Part shown: positions 1 through 12,373 of the stretch, one piece after another
How positions within the stretch are numbered: the first letter of the stretch is position 1
Layout of the letters: each line of letters starts with the position of its first letter
NCBI RefSeq assembly: GCF_964355755.1
Contig: NC_092677.1
Span: 14,344,101 to 14,408,100, forward strand
Source of the DNA: Antedon mediterranea
Lineage: Eukaryota; Animalia; Echinodermata
Direction: 5' to 3'
DNA: 64,000 nucleotides
Notes under the pieces: generated by a model
Told to the model about the DNA's origin: nothing
Database searches by the model: none
Seen by the model: the letters and a program-made list of their open reading frames with translations, nothing else
Program-made: the position numbers and the translations under genes

Positions 1-219
1 TTTTTAAAAGACATTTTCTCTCTAACACTACATTAGTTTAACCATGGTTGAACCTAGTAGTATAAGTACGTATATTCACAAATTAATCAATAGGCCTATA
101 GCATAATCATTGGTTTTCAACAATTTAGGCATGAACAGTTATTTATGAATTCGTGTGGAAATACATTGTTGATTTAAAATCATGCACAGAATACTAATAT
201 TGTCTGGACTATGATTTAC

Positions 220-531
220 CTGATTTAGTTCGCGTACACAGTGTTTATCTGCACTTGCAATATTTGTCAATAACACCATCTTGCCTTCAAACTTGGCAAA
301 AGACATTATTTTTCCGTCTAACATCACACCAGATAGTTCATAGAGAGATCGCACGACATGTACTGGTAAAAGTTGTTCAGGCCTAGGCTGTGTGAAGTTG
401 TCCTCTATATTCTTTCGAGGTATCCCAGGTAGAACGGAGCCCTGGTGGTTTAAATTTTTCTGCGAATGTTTCTTGGATACCAATGTGGCAACTCTAGCCG
501 TTTGCCATGGCCGTTTTCTTTCGGCTGCCAT
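220..531 (-). CDS. Glutathione peroxidase-like protein, first coding exon (gene runs off the left edge)
   Basis: SLYELSGVMLDGKIMSFAKFEGKMVLLTNIASADKHCVRELNQ aligns by eye with the GPx1-type N-terminus (..[24 protein letters not shown]). ATG at 531; phase-0 donor CAG|gtaaat at 219-218. Confidence 0.8.
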
Positions 532-1673
532 TGTAAACCCGCTTAGTATTAAAACGTGATTAAAATATCATTATCCTGACATGACATGTTATTTCTAAGT
601 ATCCCTTTGTGTAAGCTCTTGTTAAGTATTACTATTATTACTACGATCTACAACTTATTAGGTCTATATCTGATGGTAGTTAAACATCCGTCAAAGATAA
701 ATACAGTACACAAATGTTGTCCAAAGGTTCACGGACACAAATAAATACCATTTAATCGTAATTTAAAACAAATTGACCGCTTGGTCATCTGCGCTAAATA
801 ATTAGGTGATATTTTCAAATGTTCATATCAGCCAGATTATTGTTTTTTTCTTCTTTTTGTCTTTATTATATAACTTCGACGCAAGTAACAGTAAATCACT
901 GTAGATGTTTTGTACTGTATTTCCAAGTTGTCGTTACTGCTGAAATACGTTTTGTTACAGCTCTACAACAACTTTATCCTCTTGCATAAATCCATAGATC
1001 TAACCACGATTTGAAAATGACTTCTTTCTGTTCCAACTAGGCATTGATACGCTACCGTTCACGTCAGTATTCTGGTTTGTTTCATGGTCTCCATTACAAA
1101 CACTACGTTATATACCTATACATTTGTAATATGGATTTAAAGTGCCTCATTAATTCCCATATCTTCTATCACGTCTGAAGTGTCCCGAATGAATGTCATC
1201 ATCAAACAGGTTTAAATCCAGCAAAATGCCTTTAGATCACAATCATGCGTAGTGATTGTTCGTGAAAGTGTTTATTTACAGTCTTATCTAGTTATTTAAA
1301 TGCTAATTCTGTTTAAATTTGTTTTCTATAACCACTGGGGCTAGCCCAGCAACTACAACTCTTTCACATCCCTGCGTATTGAGATTCATGTTTTGTTCTT
1401 TATTATTTTCATTGACAGTTAAATCTTCTCTATTCTACCTGTCTTTTCAAGGTTTCACACAATAGTGTTACTATAATATTTACAGTACTTTTAAGAAATA
1501 CTTAGTGCATATTTGATAACCCAACAACTGTGTTAAGAACTCGCCTTAACAACATACATTTGTTATTTATGTTATCGATTATTGTTTGAACGTTTGCATA
1601 GCGAAGTTGTTTAGCAGACAGTATGCGTTTATATTTAACTCGACAGTAAAATTATTATTTTAATTATACGATT

Positions 1674-1787
1674 AACAAGGCCATATATATGGCTGCAGTC
1701 GCGTGCTTAAATTTGTATTAGTGTTTACCGACCAACCGACCGACCGACATAGTGAGCTGTAGTGTCGCGTTTGCACTCGACTAAAAA
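1674..1787 (+). mobile_element. Helentron/DINE-1-like short element, same family as 18378
   Basis: AACAAGGCC..AGTCGCGTGCT..(CCGA)n CATAGTGA..GTCGCG..CGACTAAAAA. Confidence 0.65.
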
Positions 1788-2925
1788 TGAATGTTAATAA
1801 GGGGAAATGTTATTCCTTTTTTATAAATCGCGCCACATTCTTCGTACATTATTACAGTATTTTTAATTTATATGTAATACGTTGTTTTCACATTGCCATA
1901 CCGTATATTGTCAGAAGATACCCGCACCTCAACCTCCCTCTCCGATACCCCAACTAAGAGATAATAATAATTGCACTGTTTGCAATATTCTATCAAACAA
2001 ATGGAAGCAATCCGAACAAGTGTACTATTTGGATGCTTTTCAAAATAAACGGTTACTCTCACATTTAAAACATGGACACTATTGAATTAGATATGAGTTC
2101 ATACACTTGTTGCCAATCAGGTGTTGTGACGTCATTATACTTTGCCAATCGAATTTAAAAGTAGGACATTCACCTATTTCGCACATGCATGAATGGTCGA
2201 TTTTCTTCCGAAATTGTAATGTTTAATTTTCATGACGTTGTCATACAAGTGGGTATTACGTGCTGCACTATGGACACGATTCAGCACTATAAACGTATTC
2301 TTCAGGTCATATGATAGCATGCATCCTCTTTTCGCGCTCATACTTTAGCGTACGACGTGCATGCTGTACGTTTGGGCGATTAAAGAGTTTTTATGTAGAG
2401 ATTATCTGTTTTAATCACGAAGATCACATATAGTTTGTCTGTTGTCTGTCTTAGTTTATCATTAATTTGTGGCAAAAAAGTTTCTCAACTCAAATAAAAC
2501 ACTGTATGGATTTGCTAAAAACAAACCCCTCCTTCTTCCCCCTCTCAATATCTATTGAATATCCTGTTTTTACATTGCCTTTAGTACTATTGTACTGGAA
2601 GCAATAATGTTAAGTTATCATACTTACCCGTTTAGTGTTTCAACATTACAATAACCTATATCGTCTGAAACATAGTTAAGTGAAATACATCACAATAAGT
2701 TGTTAGTACTCAATTTATTATAACAAATACTTAACTGTATCTATTTTTAAATAAATAAGTGATCCTTTATATAAGGTAATGCTTACTTATTTTTTAAATG
2801 TTTATCTTTTTTTACCTCTATGGTATAACAAACGTTTGGTTATTTTCAAACAATAACTAATTCAGTAATAATTCCATTAGAACATGCTACGAATATCGGA
2901 AGAAAGTCGCGGTTAGACAACAAAA

Positions 2926-5900
2926 CTACATTTTTGCTAGAGCTTGTTCAAGATCCTTAATCAAATCGCTCGCATTCTCAAGTCCAACACTGAAATGAGA
3001 AAAAAATATATATTATATAATATTTATATCAATCAGAATGATTAATATGTAACAGATAATATGTAGTTGCAATGGGCATATTATGACGAAGTAATTGTCT
3101 TTAACAACCAGTAACATTTGCGATATTAGTAGACCCTCTGTTAAGCGTGGTTCTCACTAGAACTCGACGTATCGACGCAAAGTGTTGTATTGCGTAATCG
3201 CAAGTGGGAACCGACGAAGCAACAGTGCTGTGAACATCGCAGATTTGATTTCACGCAGGCGGGGGCAAGCACAATTATTAAATTAGGTTGCGTAGATTGC
3301 TTCACGTTGCGTCGCTAGTGAAGGGAGGGAACCAACCTTTACTATCGCTACACAATGGAGCACTAAATGGCATACTAACACACCATTGAAGCTTTCTACA
3401 CAGTGGAACCCCTCACTTTCCACAGGGACACCCTGATTACTAACAAAACTAAACGTAGTTCCCTCTGGCAACGTAACGCAAACTACGCAACGTAAGAAAA
3501 TGCCCTTCCAATCATTGTTTTTCCCCCCGGCCGCCTGCGTGAAATAAACCTGCGATGTTTGCAGCACTGTAGCTTCAATACGTCGCTTCTAGTTGGAACC
3601 ACGCTTTGCAAAGAGACAGTTTTAACACTGCACTGCAAAACATCCACTGTATCCCGAAGGTTTCCCCCTGGGCTATGCTGTATGTTTAATACACGCCCAG
3701 ACCGATTACTAGGTAAATGAATAATTTATTTAAAATATAAATTTAAATAAATCTATTTACCTAAGGCGTATCAGTCCATCCGTAATCCCGCCGTCCTCTC
3801 GTTCTTTTTTCGACATTATTTCTTCACCATGCGTCATTGATGCCGAGTGTTCAATCAGACTCTCATGGCCTCCTAATGACACGGCCAAAACAATTAGCTT
3901 CACGTTCTAGAGGCACAACAATAAAACATAACTATTGGTCAGATGTTTTGCCCTACTCTGACGTAATTTGTACTTCATACTAAGTACATTGAGAATACTT
4001 GCGAAAAAATACCTCATACCTTTAGACCACCGAGCTTGCGCTGATGGCTAGGGGTTAGATTCGAGCCCAAGTAAGCAGCGGGTACTGCACCAACAAGATT
4101 TTAATTGTTTGTAATACTGTGGAGTAGCTTCGCGTCAGGGTGTTGAGTAATTGGTCAGATGTTTTGCCCTACTCTGACGTAATTTGTACTTCATACTAAC
4201 AACTGACCAATTACTCAACACCCTGACGCGAAGCTACTCCACAGTAGTTACAAACAATTACACAACATAATTATTGATATATATATATATAATATAAACA
4301 AAGGTCATATATCTATAATGTTTTTATTTTTAAAACGTTGGTGCTGTTTAAAGGCCAATTTACACAGACGAGCGGTAACAGTAAGCGGAAAACCGCGTAG
4401 TTTGTCCCGCGTAAAATCTGTATTTATCCTGAGCTGAAGCTGCGTTGTGTGTAAATGGTCTATATTTGTATTACCGTTACCGCTCGTCTGTGTAAGGCCT
4501 TGTGGAGGTTGCACGTTTCATGAGCATGTTGACAGTTTACGCCGGATTAGCAAGTACCCGTAATGTCCAAACCTCTCCATACAAGCATAATATTGAGAAA
4601 AAACTGCATTACCGCTACCAACGTTTTGCCAGCTTCCAATCCTCCCGCCACATCAAAAACTACCATACCACTGAAATCTGACATCTGTTTTTTTGCGATC
4701 ACATGTTGTGGATGTGAAGCAAGGCCCGGATAGAAAACCCGAATAATCTGTAAATAACAATGCATTAGACAATCATTCATTTCAATGTGCAGAATTAACA
4801 AAATGACCATGCATTGAAGCTTCGGGTTTACCATTTACAATGTATATTTTAACCACTTTTAAAAATGGCGCCAATGGATCTTTGTTACCGATAAAGAGTC
4901 TGTACCCTGCTAACATTGTTCTATGCGTGCCTATTTTTATTTATTTGTAGCATTGGTTGTGTATCTTTTCTTTAAAAAAAGATTAGGCCTAAATATGTTA
5001 ACAAGTAAAATGGCCGAGTGGTCATGGCAGAGCGCCGTTTACTGAACTTAAGAGTCAACAATATCGGCATGGTTAGGCGCGCCTATTGAGGCCGACTCGC
5101 ATCTAGTTATGGGAAAATTCTTCTTGGATGAGGATTATAAACAGTGGGCCCAGTGTACACTACCAAAGTGCATAGGTGTCTTTTTTTCTCTTGGTGCGCT
5201 GCCATATCTGTTAGACAGTTGACTTCATCACCAGTGCATTCTGTCTTTTTATCATTACCATTCTTAATCTTTAGCGTAGTGCAGGTCTCAACTGTGTTTC
5301 ACAATCTTTACTGCGCAGTATGTATTCATTGACTGTGTCTCAGCCTAGTGCAGGTCAATTACTTAGTGCGTTTCACCATTCTCAATGCAGTATGTATTGG
5401 TCATTGATTGTCTCATTCTCAACGCAGTATGAATTTGTCAGTATTGATTTTGTCTCACCATCCTTGGCGTACTAGTCAATGACTGTGTTGCCCCATGGTC
5501 ATACCCGACTACTTACCTTCGGATGTGGTTCCAGATACTGGGCTATCACCAGTGCATTCTGGCTTGTGTTTTCCCATGGTCAATACCCGGGTACTTACCT
5601 TCGGATGTTGTTCCAGATACTGGGCTATCACCAGTGCATTCTGGCTGTGTTTCACCATTCTCAAAGGAAGTGTTCGAATTCCTCGTAGCATCAGGAAAGC
5701 ATCGAACGGAGACTTTAACCAAGATAAAATAAGTACAGTATTTAGTTGAAAAACACATGTAAATTGTTAAATGTCAAACTATTAAATATGGTAAGTGCGA
5801 AGTAAGGTACATATAATAAACCCTTCTGTGATTTCATTACGAGTACACAACGACACGTTAATTTAAATCAGAATTTACCTCCTAGGCGGATGTAAAAATG

Positions 5901-8900
5901 ATGGCATTCTAACAAGTACATACATATACTCTGATACCAGCTGTGGACACTATAGATATCAAATTTGTATTAATACCGGTATAAATTACGTAATGTTCTA
6001 TCAGTAACGCGTAAAACTATTCCTAAACTATCAAACATTATATGACCAAAAAAAGTGAACTTTACATGATGGACACGATGATGTTATATACTATAATATT
6101 TGGGCAAATTAAACTTTTTGTGTCAAACTAGTTTGGTAGTGTAGGCTTAACGAACGAGTAATACAGCGCCATGACAAATAATTGAACGGCAACTTACCTG
6201 TATGTTACCCATCTGCCGTTGTAGTTCAGCAATGTATTCATACAATTGCTTATTTGAAGTACAAAGTGAGCCTCCAATAACGTCGCTATGTCCACCAATA
6301 TACTTTGTACTATAATGTAAAATGTTAAACAAAATATACGATACCGGTATCAAAACAATTGTACTGAAGAAATGCACTTTCTTCTATCAAGTTGGGATGT
6401 CTATTTCGCCTTACGCTGTTTTGTAAAATCATTTCATTTTCCGTAGACTATTGTCGGTGACGCCAACAGTCAATGTGCGACATTCATGCGTCTACGTCAC
6501 CGTGATTTCGATTCACATTTTCTAAGGTTATTTTTTAACGGGACATTTCGTTGACCAGTCGTTATGATGCGTCCTACAGTGGGTTTTATGTTTGCAATTC
6601 TCAAATAATACGATTATGGTGTGAATAATCCACTGTGCCTTTGCTCTAAAGAGATGGTGTTACTCAAGTATTATAACTTACCAACTATGAATTGATATGT
6701 CCACACCATGTTTCAACGTTTGTTGTAGATAGGGACTTGCAAACGTTGCATCCACTATAGTCAGGGAACCACCTTTTACGCTCTTTGCAAGTTCAACAAA
6801 AGCATCAAGATCAAGAATAGTCAACGTAGGATTGGTAGGCGTCTCACCATACAGAACCTGGAGAACATTAGTTCAATACGTGTAATATGACGTGCGTTTA
6901 CATTACTAAGGTAGGCCTCTAACTTGCTTTTGGGGACATATCGTTGGGTGATTCTGGATCAGGAATCCGGGCTATCCATTCAGCCACGGATGCATCTGAT
7001 ATGGTAAAGAAATGCCGACAAATTATGCTAATCAACAGGCGATGACAGTACCGTATAATTTGCTTATATTGGCCTAGCGGTTTTTGTTTTATTAAAGCGC
7101 TTTATAAATCATAATTCATAAAGATAATTCGTTTTGTACAAAGATAATAACACATAAGCGCTTTCATCTTACCAATGGTCCATTCATGTCGAACTGCGAA
7201 CAAGCAGTGCTCATTCGTCCACGATGAAATGGACCTAAATCACGGTAAACCTCTTCCGAACGATGCACATGAGCACTGAGTATTCATCTTAAATTAATAT
7301 CTTTAAGATTTTGTTTAGAGACCTAATTCAGAATTTGAGGTTTTTAAATCCATGGTGTAATAATGAATGTCTAGTAGCAAAGCTACTCCAATCATTGAAT
7401 GGATTCGTATAATGTGATTTGTCACATTCAGAAGTGCTGGCCAAACGTGACTAACATGTGTTAAGATATTTCACGCAGTATCACATGTTTACCAAAGAAA
7501 TCAATAAACGGTAGGCCTGTTATAGTAGTCTCTGCCTCTGATAAGGGGTATTTTCTACTAGTTATTTTTTCGTGAATAACTTTAAATCTCACCTTTGTAT
7601 TGGGCCGTATTTCCTTCCGATACGCCTCAATGTTACCCGCTTCAACGATTGATATTTCAATGCCGTATTTGTGCAGCATATCTTTAGCAAATCTATAGGT
7701 ACCAGAGTACAATGGGTCTGGAAATATCTGAAGATTGAATCGTGATTTTTCTAGTTATATAACTACAGTATATACAAACACATTAGGCATAGAACATGAA
7801 TTATAAACCGCCCGGTTATATACTGAAATTTAATTAATTAATTTGAAACGATAAGATAAGGAAATCTTTGAGAATGAGAAAAATTCGCCCAAACCGTGAT
7901 TCAAACCCGGACCTTACAGAATATATAAATATATAACTATTTATAAATTGCACTGATGAAGGGCTAGTGTGGCCGAAAGCTCATTTATTTTTTCAAGCTG
8001 TTTTACTTTATCATTTTGATTTTGCTTATTTTATTTTGTATCTCAGTCACTGATATCCACAGCATTATCATTATTTTCAGTAATTTTCCTTTTGGATTTA
8101 TATATATAACAATACTATATACTTGCCAAATAAAGGATTGGCTTACTAAACAAATTACATTAATAGTATTTTGTTTAAACCAAGTCTTATTTTTAGGTTA
8201 GAGGGTGGGGTAGAAACGGTAGTGCGTTAGTAGTAGTGTTAGTGACACTAGGTCATATTTGAATGAAGGCACATTAACCCCAAAGCTATCTAGCTTTCTA
8301 TTCCCATTAAAGATGTAAAATGAAGATTAATAAAAAGACGTTGAATTCCGCAGATTTAGCTAAATCCATTCCGTAGAAGAAAAAAATGTTTTCACTTATA
8401 AAAAAAACACACGATAAACAGATAAATTCAACCAAAAATTTCCAATATTTTTTCTTTAAAATTAGTTTTTTCATGTAATTTTTTTTAATGTAAATAATTT
8501 GTTTTCGGTCCAATAACAATAACATTAAAATAGCATATTGAACAAAACATTTTGAACAGTTTTTTTTTCAGGGGACAAAATCTTTAAACTTACACTTCGA
8601 CGTGTAGATATCTTACCACGTGGTCCCCTTTTTGGAGCACAGTTAACAATGTTGTTGTGATAGCAGACATGCCGCTGGGGAATATTAAGGCCCCTGTTCC
8701 TCCTTCTAGCAAGTTGATAGCCTCAGCAGCAGATTCGCATGAGTGATTTGCCAGTCTACCATAAATATAGCCTTCCTGTGGGAAATGAAAATTAAATCAA
8801 TGTTGGTACACTGCCATAATATATCCTGTTAAAAGTATTTTGTGCAAGCTATCAGGTACAATATACAACTACTAGTACGTTTTAGGGCTTACTACCTTTT

Positions 8901-10052
8901 TAATGCGTGGTTCACACTAGAGACGCAACACAACGACGTAAACCGCAACGTATGTATATGCGTGAAAACTTTTTGAAAGTTTCAGAAAGACATCACCATA
9001 ATACAAGGGGCAGCATATACGATTATTTTAATATTTATAAAAAATCCAGTTGCATTGCTTCTACATTTTTTTATAATAGCATAATTCTCTGGAATAGTTT
9101 ACCTCAGAATATCAAAGAAATGAATTTAAAGTCCACCTTCAAGCTTCATATAAAGAAAATCCTCAAATAGCCAATTGACTAATTTAGTATTCTCTCACTT
9201 CCTGCCGTCTGATTAATTGTTCTTTTTTCCTTTGTTTTTTCTTTCGGGACCCCTCATGATACAAACCTCCGGGTTTAGAGGGTTATCCCTTGCTCCTACT
9301 CGTTTTTTGTTGTCTTTGTTCTGATTTTGTTGTTTGTTAAGTCTGCGACTTTTGATGTATATATATTTTCTGTACCACTGTTGATTTTTATATGAGCAAA
9401 AAATAAAAACAAGCAAACAAATAAGCAAGTTACTTGACCAATCAAAACCGATGGTCAATTCGCTTGCGTTATGGCCTTGTGTTGCGTCGTAGTGGGAACC
9501 CATCTTAAAAGTATAGGCTACTGGTTTTGTCCTTCAAAAACATGAAAGCCTAAGATGTATAACACATTGAATAGGTTTAACATTTGTAGTTTTAAATTAA
9601 TTCCCTTTTACCAAAAAAGACCCCCAAGGATTTCGCTTATAAAAATAAACAAAATCAACATATTTAACCAAAAATCCACTGACTTCCGTCCAGACAGTCT
9701 TCCTTTTGACTATCTTTTCCTTTAAAGTACAGTTTTACAGTCATATGGCATTAAAATGGCCTATTCAACAGAAACAAAGTTTTACATTAATAATAAGTAA
9801 CCGATAGTATCACTGTACCTCTGCACACTTTTTATATTCGCCAACATTGTTAATTCTGAATGTAGACGATAGACTTATTGATGGCACTACAGGGCTGGCC
9901 AGATTCTGATCCCCCAATTTGCATTGAGCAGTTACAGCAATCGTATCAAGCTTCGTGTCTGCGTCATATTCGTGAGTGTTTTCCAATTTTCTTGGACTAC
10001 AAAACGGGTAGTTACTCAAAAAGCCAAACTTCTTTTGATCCTTATCTGCCAT
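2926..10052 (-). CDS. PLP-dependent Cys/Met metabolism enzyme (methionine/cystathionine gamma-lyase-like), 9 coding exons, 424 aa
   Basis: Exons 10052-9819, 8775-8617, 7727-7593, 6857-6682, 6309-6198, 5712-5599, 4747-4613, 3906-3761, 2989-2926. All introns GT-AG with compatible phases; 1275 nt total. Motifs [46 protein letters not shown] (PLP Lys), [21 protein letters not shown]. Confidence 0.93.
3144..3606. mobile_element. Long foldback MITE with family A ends
   Basis: AGCGTGGTTCTCACTAG..CTAGTTGGAACCACGCT ends, with internal inverted arms (TTTCACGCAGGCGG / CCGCCTGCGTGAAA). Confidence 0.7.
4352..4500. mobile_element. Harbinger-like MITE family B
   Basis: AGGCCAATTTACACAGACGAGCGGTAAC..GTTACCGCTCGTCTGTGTAAGGCCT; related copies near 36032, 36847 and 63654. 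Confidence 0.7.
5490..5655. repeat. 82-bp tandem duplication of an exon 3' end and its splice donor
   Basis: TACTTACCTTCGGATGT..TTCCAGATACTGGGCTATCACCAGTGCATTCTGGCT occurs at 5510 and 5592. Confidence 0.9.
7943..7988 (+). ncRNA. Degenerate minimal hammerhead-ribozyme-like motif (Penelope-type repeat)
   Basis: CTGATGA-AG-GGCTA-GTG-TGGCC-GAAA-GCTC; stem I incomplete. Confidence 0.35.
8960..9425 (+). mobile_element. 3' fragment of a CR1/L2-like LINE inserted into a Harbinger-like MITE
   Basis: [32 protein letters not shown] is a typical LINE ORF2 C-terminus, followed by a 3' UTR and A-rich tail. MITE halves at about 8905-8950 and 9425-9506. Confidence 0.7.
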
Positions 10053-10091
10053 TTTGTGTAGCTGAAAAAAATGTGAAAACTTGTCAGTGAA

Positions 10092-10215
10092 TCTGTCTAC
10101 ACTATCAAACTATTTGTGATGTGCCCAAATATGGTAATTGGTATGGCATCATCATGTCCATCTATGAGCATCACATTTGTTTTGTCACATATAGTTTGAT
10201 AGTGTAGACAGAACT
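10092..10215. mobile_element. MITE family C (TCTGTCTACACTATCAAACT TIR)
   Basis: Inverted ends and a GATGTGCCC-ATATGG core. Copies near 6025, 10285, 24430, 30520, 31180, 42710, 56520. Confidence 0.7.
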
Positions 10216-10716
10216 TCAAACATGCATTTGAAAATATACGACTGGAATTACTTATAAGTATTTCTCTTTATAGCCAAAGCTATGCAATGTGATGTGCCCA
10301 TATATGGACATGATGATGTCATATCACTACCATATTTTGGGATATAGGCCTACATAATTTGGGAACACCACACTTTTTTTTTGTCAAACTAGTTTGTTTA
10401 GATAGAGCTAGTGTCAAGCTGAGCTACATACATTCCTCTATTTGTATCAGATGCTTAATAAATATGATTCTGAATATGCTCTACAGAATTAACCTACATA
10501 GTTAGATAAAGGACCTTGTCCTATCTAGTAGTAGGAGGACCGGATCATCAAAAAGAGGTAGGCCTACTTACTGCTAGGGTGATTCGGATTCAGAAGAGGA
10601 TCTTCAATTAAAGGTTAAAGATATATTAAAATTGTTTGGTAGAATATGTCATTTTAATGTCACATTATATTAATTATTCACTTTGGATATAAAAAAAACA
10701 CCAATATTACGCTTAC

Positions 10717-10833
10717 CTTGTTATGTTAGCAATAGTAGGCTTGCTGTGTAGTCACGGGAAGCGAAGTATGGTAGATAGTGGGCTACACTTATTTATATGA
10801 TCAAGATAGCTACGTGCGAGGCGTTATATAGCC
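10717..10833 (-). promoter_or_regulatory. Probable non-coding first exon and TATA box of the gamma-lyase gene
   Basis: Acceptor ttttttcag lies about 10 nt upstream of the ATG (10063-10062), implying an upstream exon. Donor AAG|gtaagc at 10716; TATATAA on minus near 10824-10830. Confidence 0.45.
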
Positions 10834-12018
10834 TAGAATGCCGTACATACAAAGAGGGCGATTTACTTATTTATGCTAACGGTTAAAATCCCAGTTGTAG
10901 AAATTTCCTTCGGAATTTTATTCACGGATTTATGCCACTAGGTATAGTTACCCCGAATGAGGACATGGAAATGCACTTTCTGGGAACAAAATATTGTAAA
11001 TAACAAAATGCTGCTCTTTTTTTAGATGATTGACACATGGGATTGTTTTAGTACTACATTGGTGATGGCGCAATTTTTCAATGCAAGATCGAAGGGAAGG
11101 AGGGACGGATTCTATACCATTGTTTATGCTTGCACAATAAGATGTATACATTTATAGACATAGGTAAGTACTTAAGTAATATAAGTAAGTAATTAATAAT
11201 AGTAGAAAAATACATTTTTTTAATCCGTGTTGTAAAATAATAGTGTTAATATAAACATTTATAATTAAAGAAGATACAATTCTATCCAAGATCGAAAGTA
11301 ACACTCGAGCCTAGGTAAGCATGCATACAGTATACTTGGCAAAAACACCTGTGTGGTTGTAAAGAATGCACACCATTCAATAACAGTAAGCCCTACAGGT
11401 GGTGCGAGCGAGCGCTTAGACACTAAATTGAAGAGCTTGCATTAGAGTGTATTAATTTATTGGGGTATTTGTGAAAGAAGATTACCTATGACTTGCTCTA
11501 CATTGATTTATTTTGAAATGTGTATAATAAAACAGTACTTGTCGTTAGATCAAAGACGTCAACCGAATTGAGAATAATGTACAGTGATATACGTAAGCAT
11601 TTTACCCAACCAATCAGAACTGGATTGACATCTTTGCTTTATGTTACGTAGGCCTACACATAAGGAAAACAATAAGAAGACTAGATTGTGTAGGATTACG
11701 CTTACTAACTGTATATTTTATTGAAATTTAGAAAACGATAACAAATTATTCGACAACAACATGACTAGGCTTATGAATATTCAAAATATTGAAATTATAT
11801 TTATTACGTGTTATTTATGTAATTTGTGAAATCTTACAGTGTCGCCCTGAATTATTCAAATTATCAATTAAATTCTCTTTTAAATAGTTTGACCTAATAC
11901 ATACAGTAGGATCTACTGCTTTAGTATGACATGATGATTTAGGTGACACTTCTATTAAGGGGACACTTTCCCGTGAAACATACAAGGCTCAATATATGGA
12001 CCAATCCCACAGTTTCAT

Positions 12019-12333
12019 CAAAGAACTTATAACACAAGAATCTCCTGTTCGTCCGAAGCGCATAACAATTTCGAAAGGCATTGTGGGATAGAATAGAGCT
12101 AATGGGTGGCGCCATTGTGAGCCATGGAGTAGGGCGCCCGCATCAAATTAGAAAGTCAAAATCATAGAGGGGATCTGCTAATACTCTAGGGGGTAGAGTA
12201 ATTGACTTCCTAGTTTGGAGGGAGCGCTGCTCCATGCTGTGAAATGGCGTCGCCCAGTTTGACCTTTTAACCCTGTACTTCCGATACTGTGTTTTGAATG
12301 CAAATTGGAGATTCTTGTGTTATAAGTTCTTTG
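12019..12333. mobile_element. P-element-like MITE
   Basis: Perfect 27-bp TIR CAAAGAACTTATAACACAAGAATCTCC; 7-bp TSD GTTTCAT / GTATCAT (one mismatch). Confidence 0.75.
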
Positions 12334-12373
12334 GTATCATCCTTTTAAGGTAGGTCTCGAATGTGTCCCCTTA

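Noticed and set aside
220-531. Selenocysteine-containing GPx
   Set aside because: No in-frame TGA in the exon; the equivalent codon is GAT.
2926-10052. Bacterial contamination or very recent horizontal transfer
   Set aside because: Eight GT-AG introns filled with host repeats.
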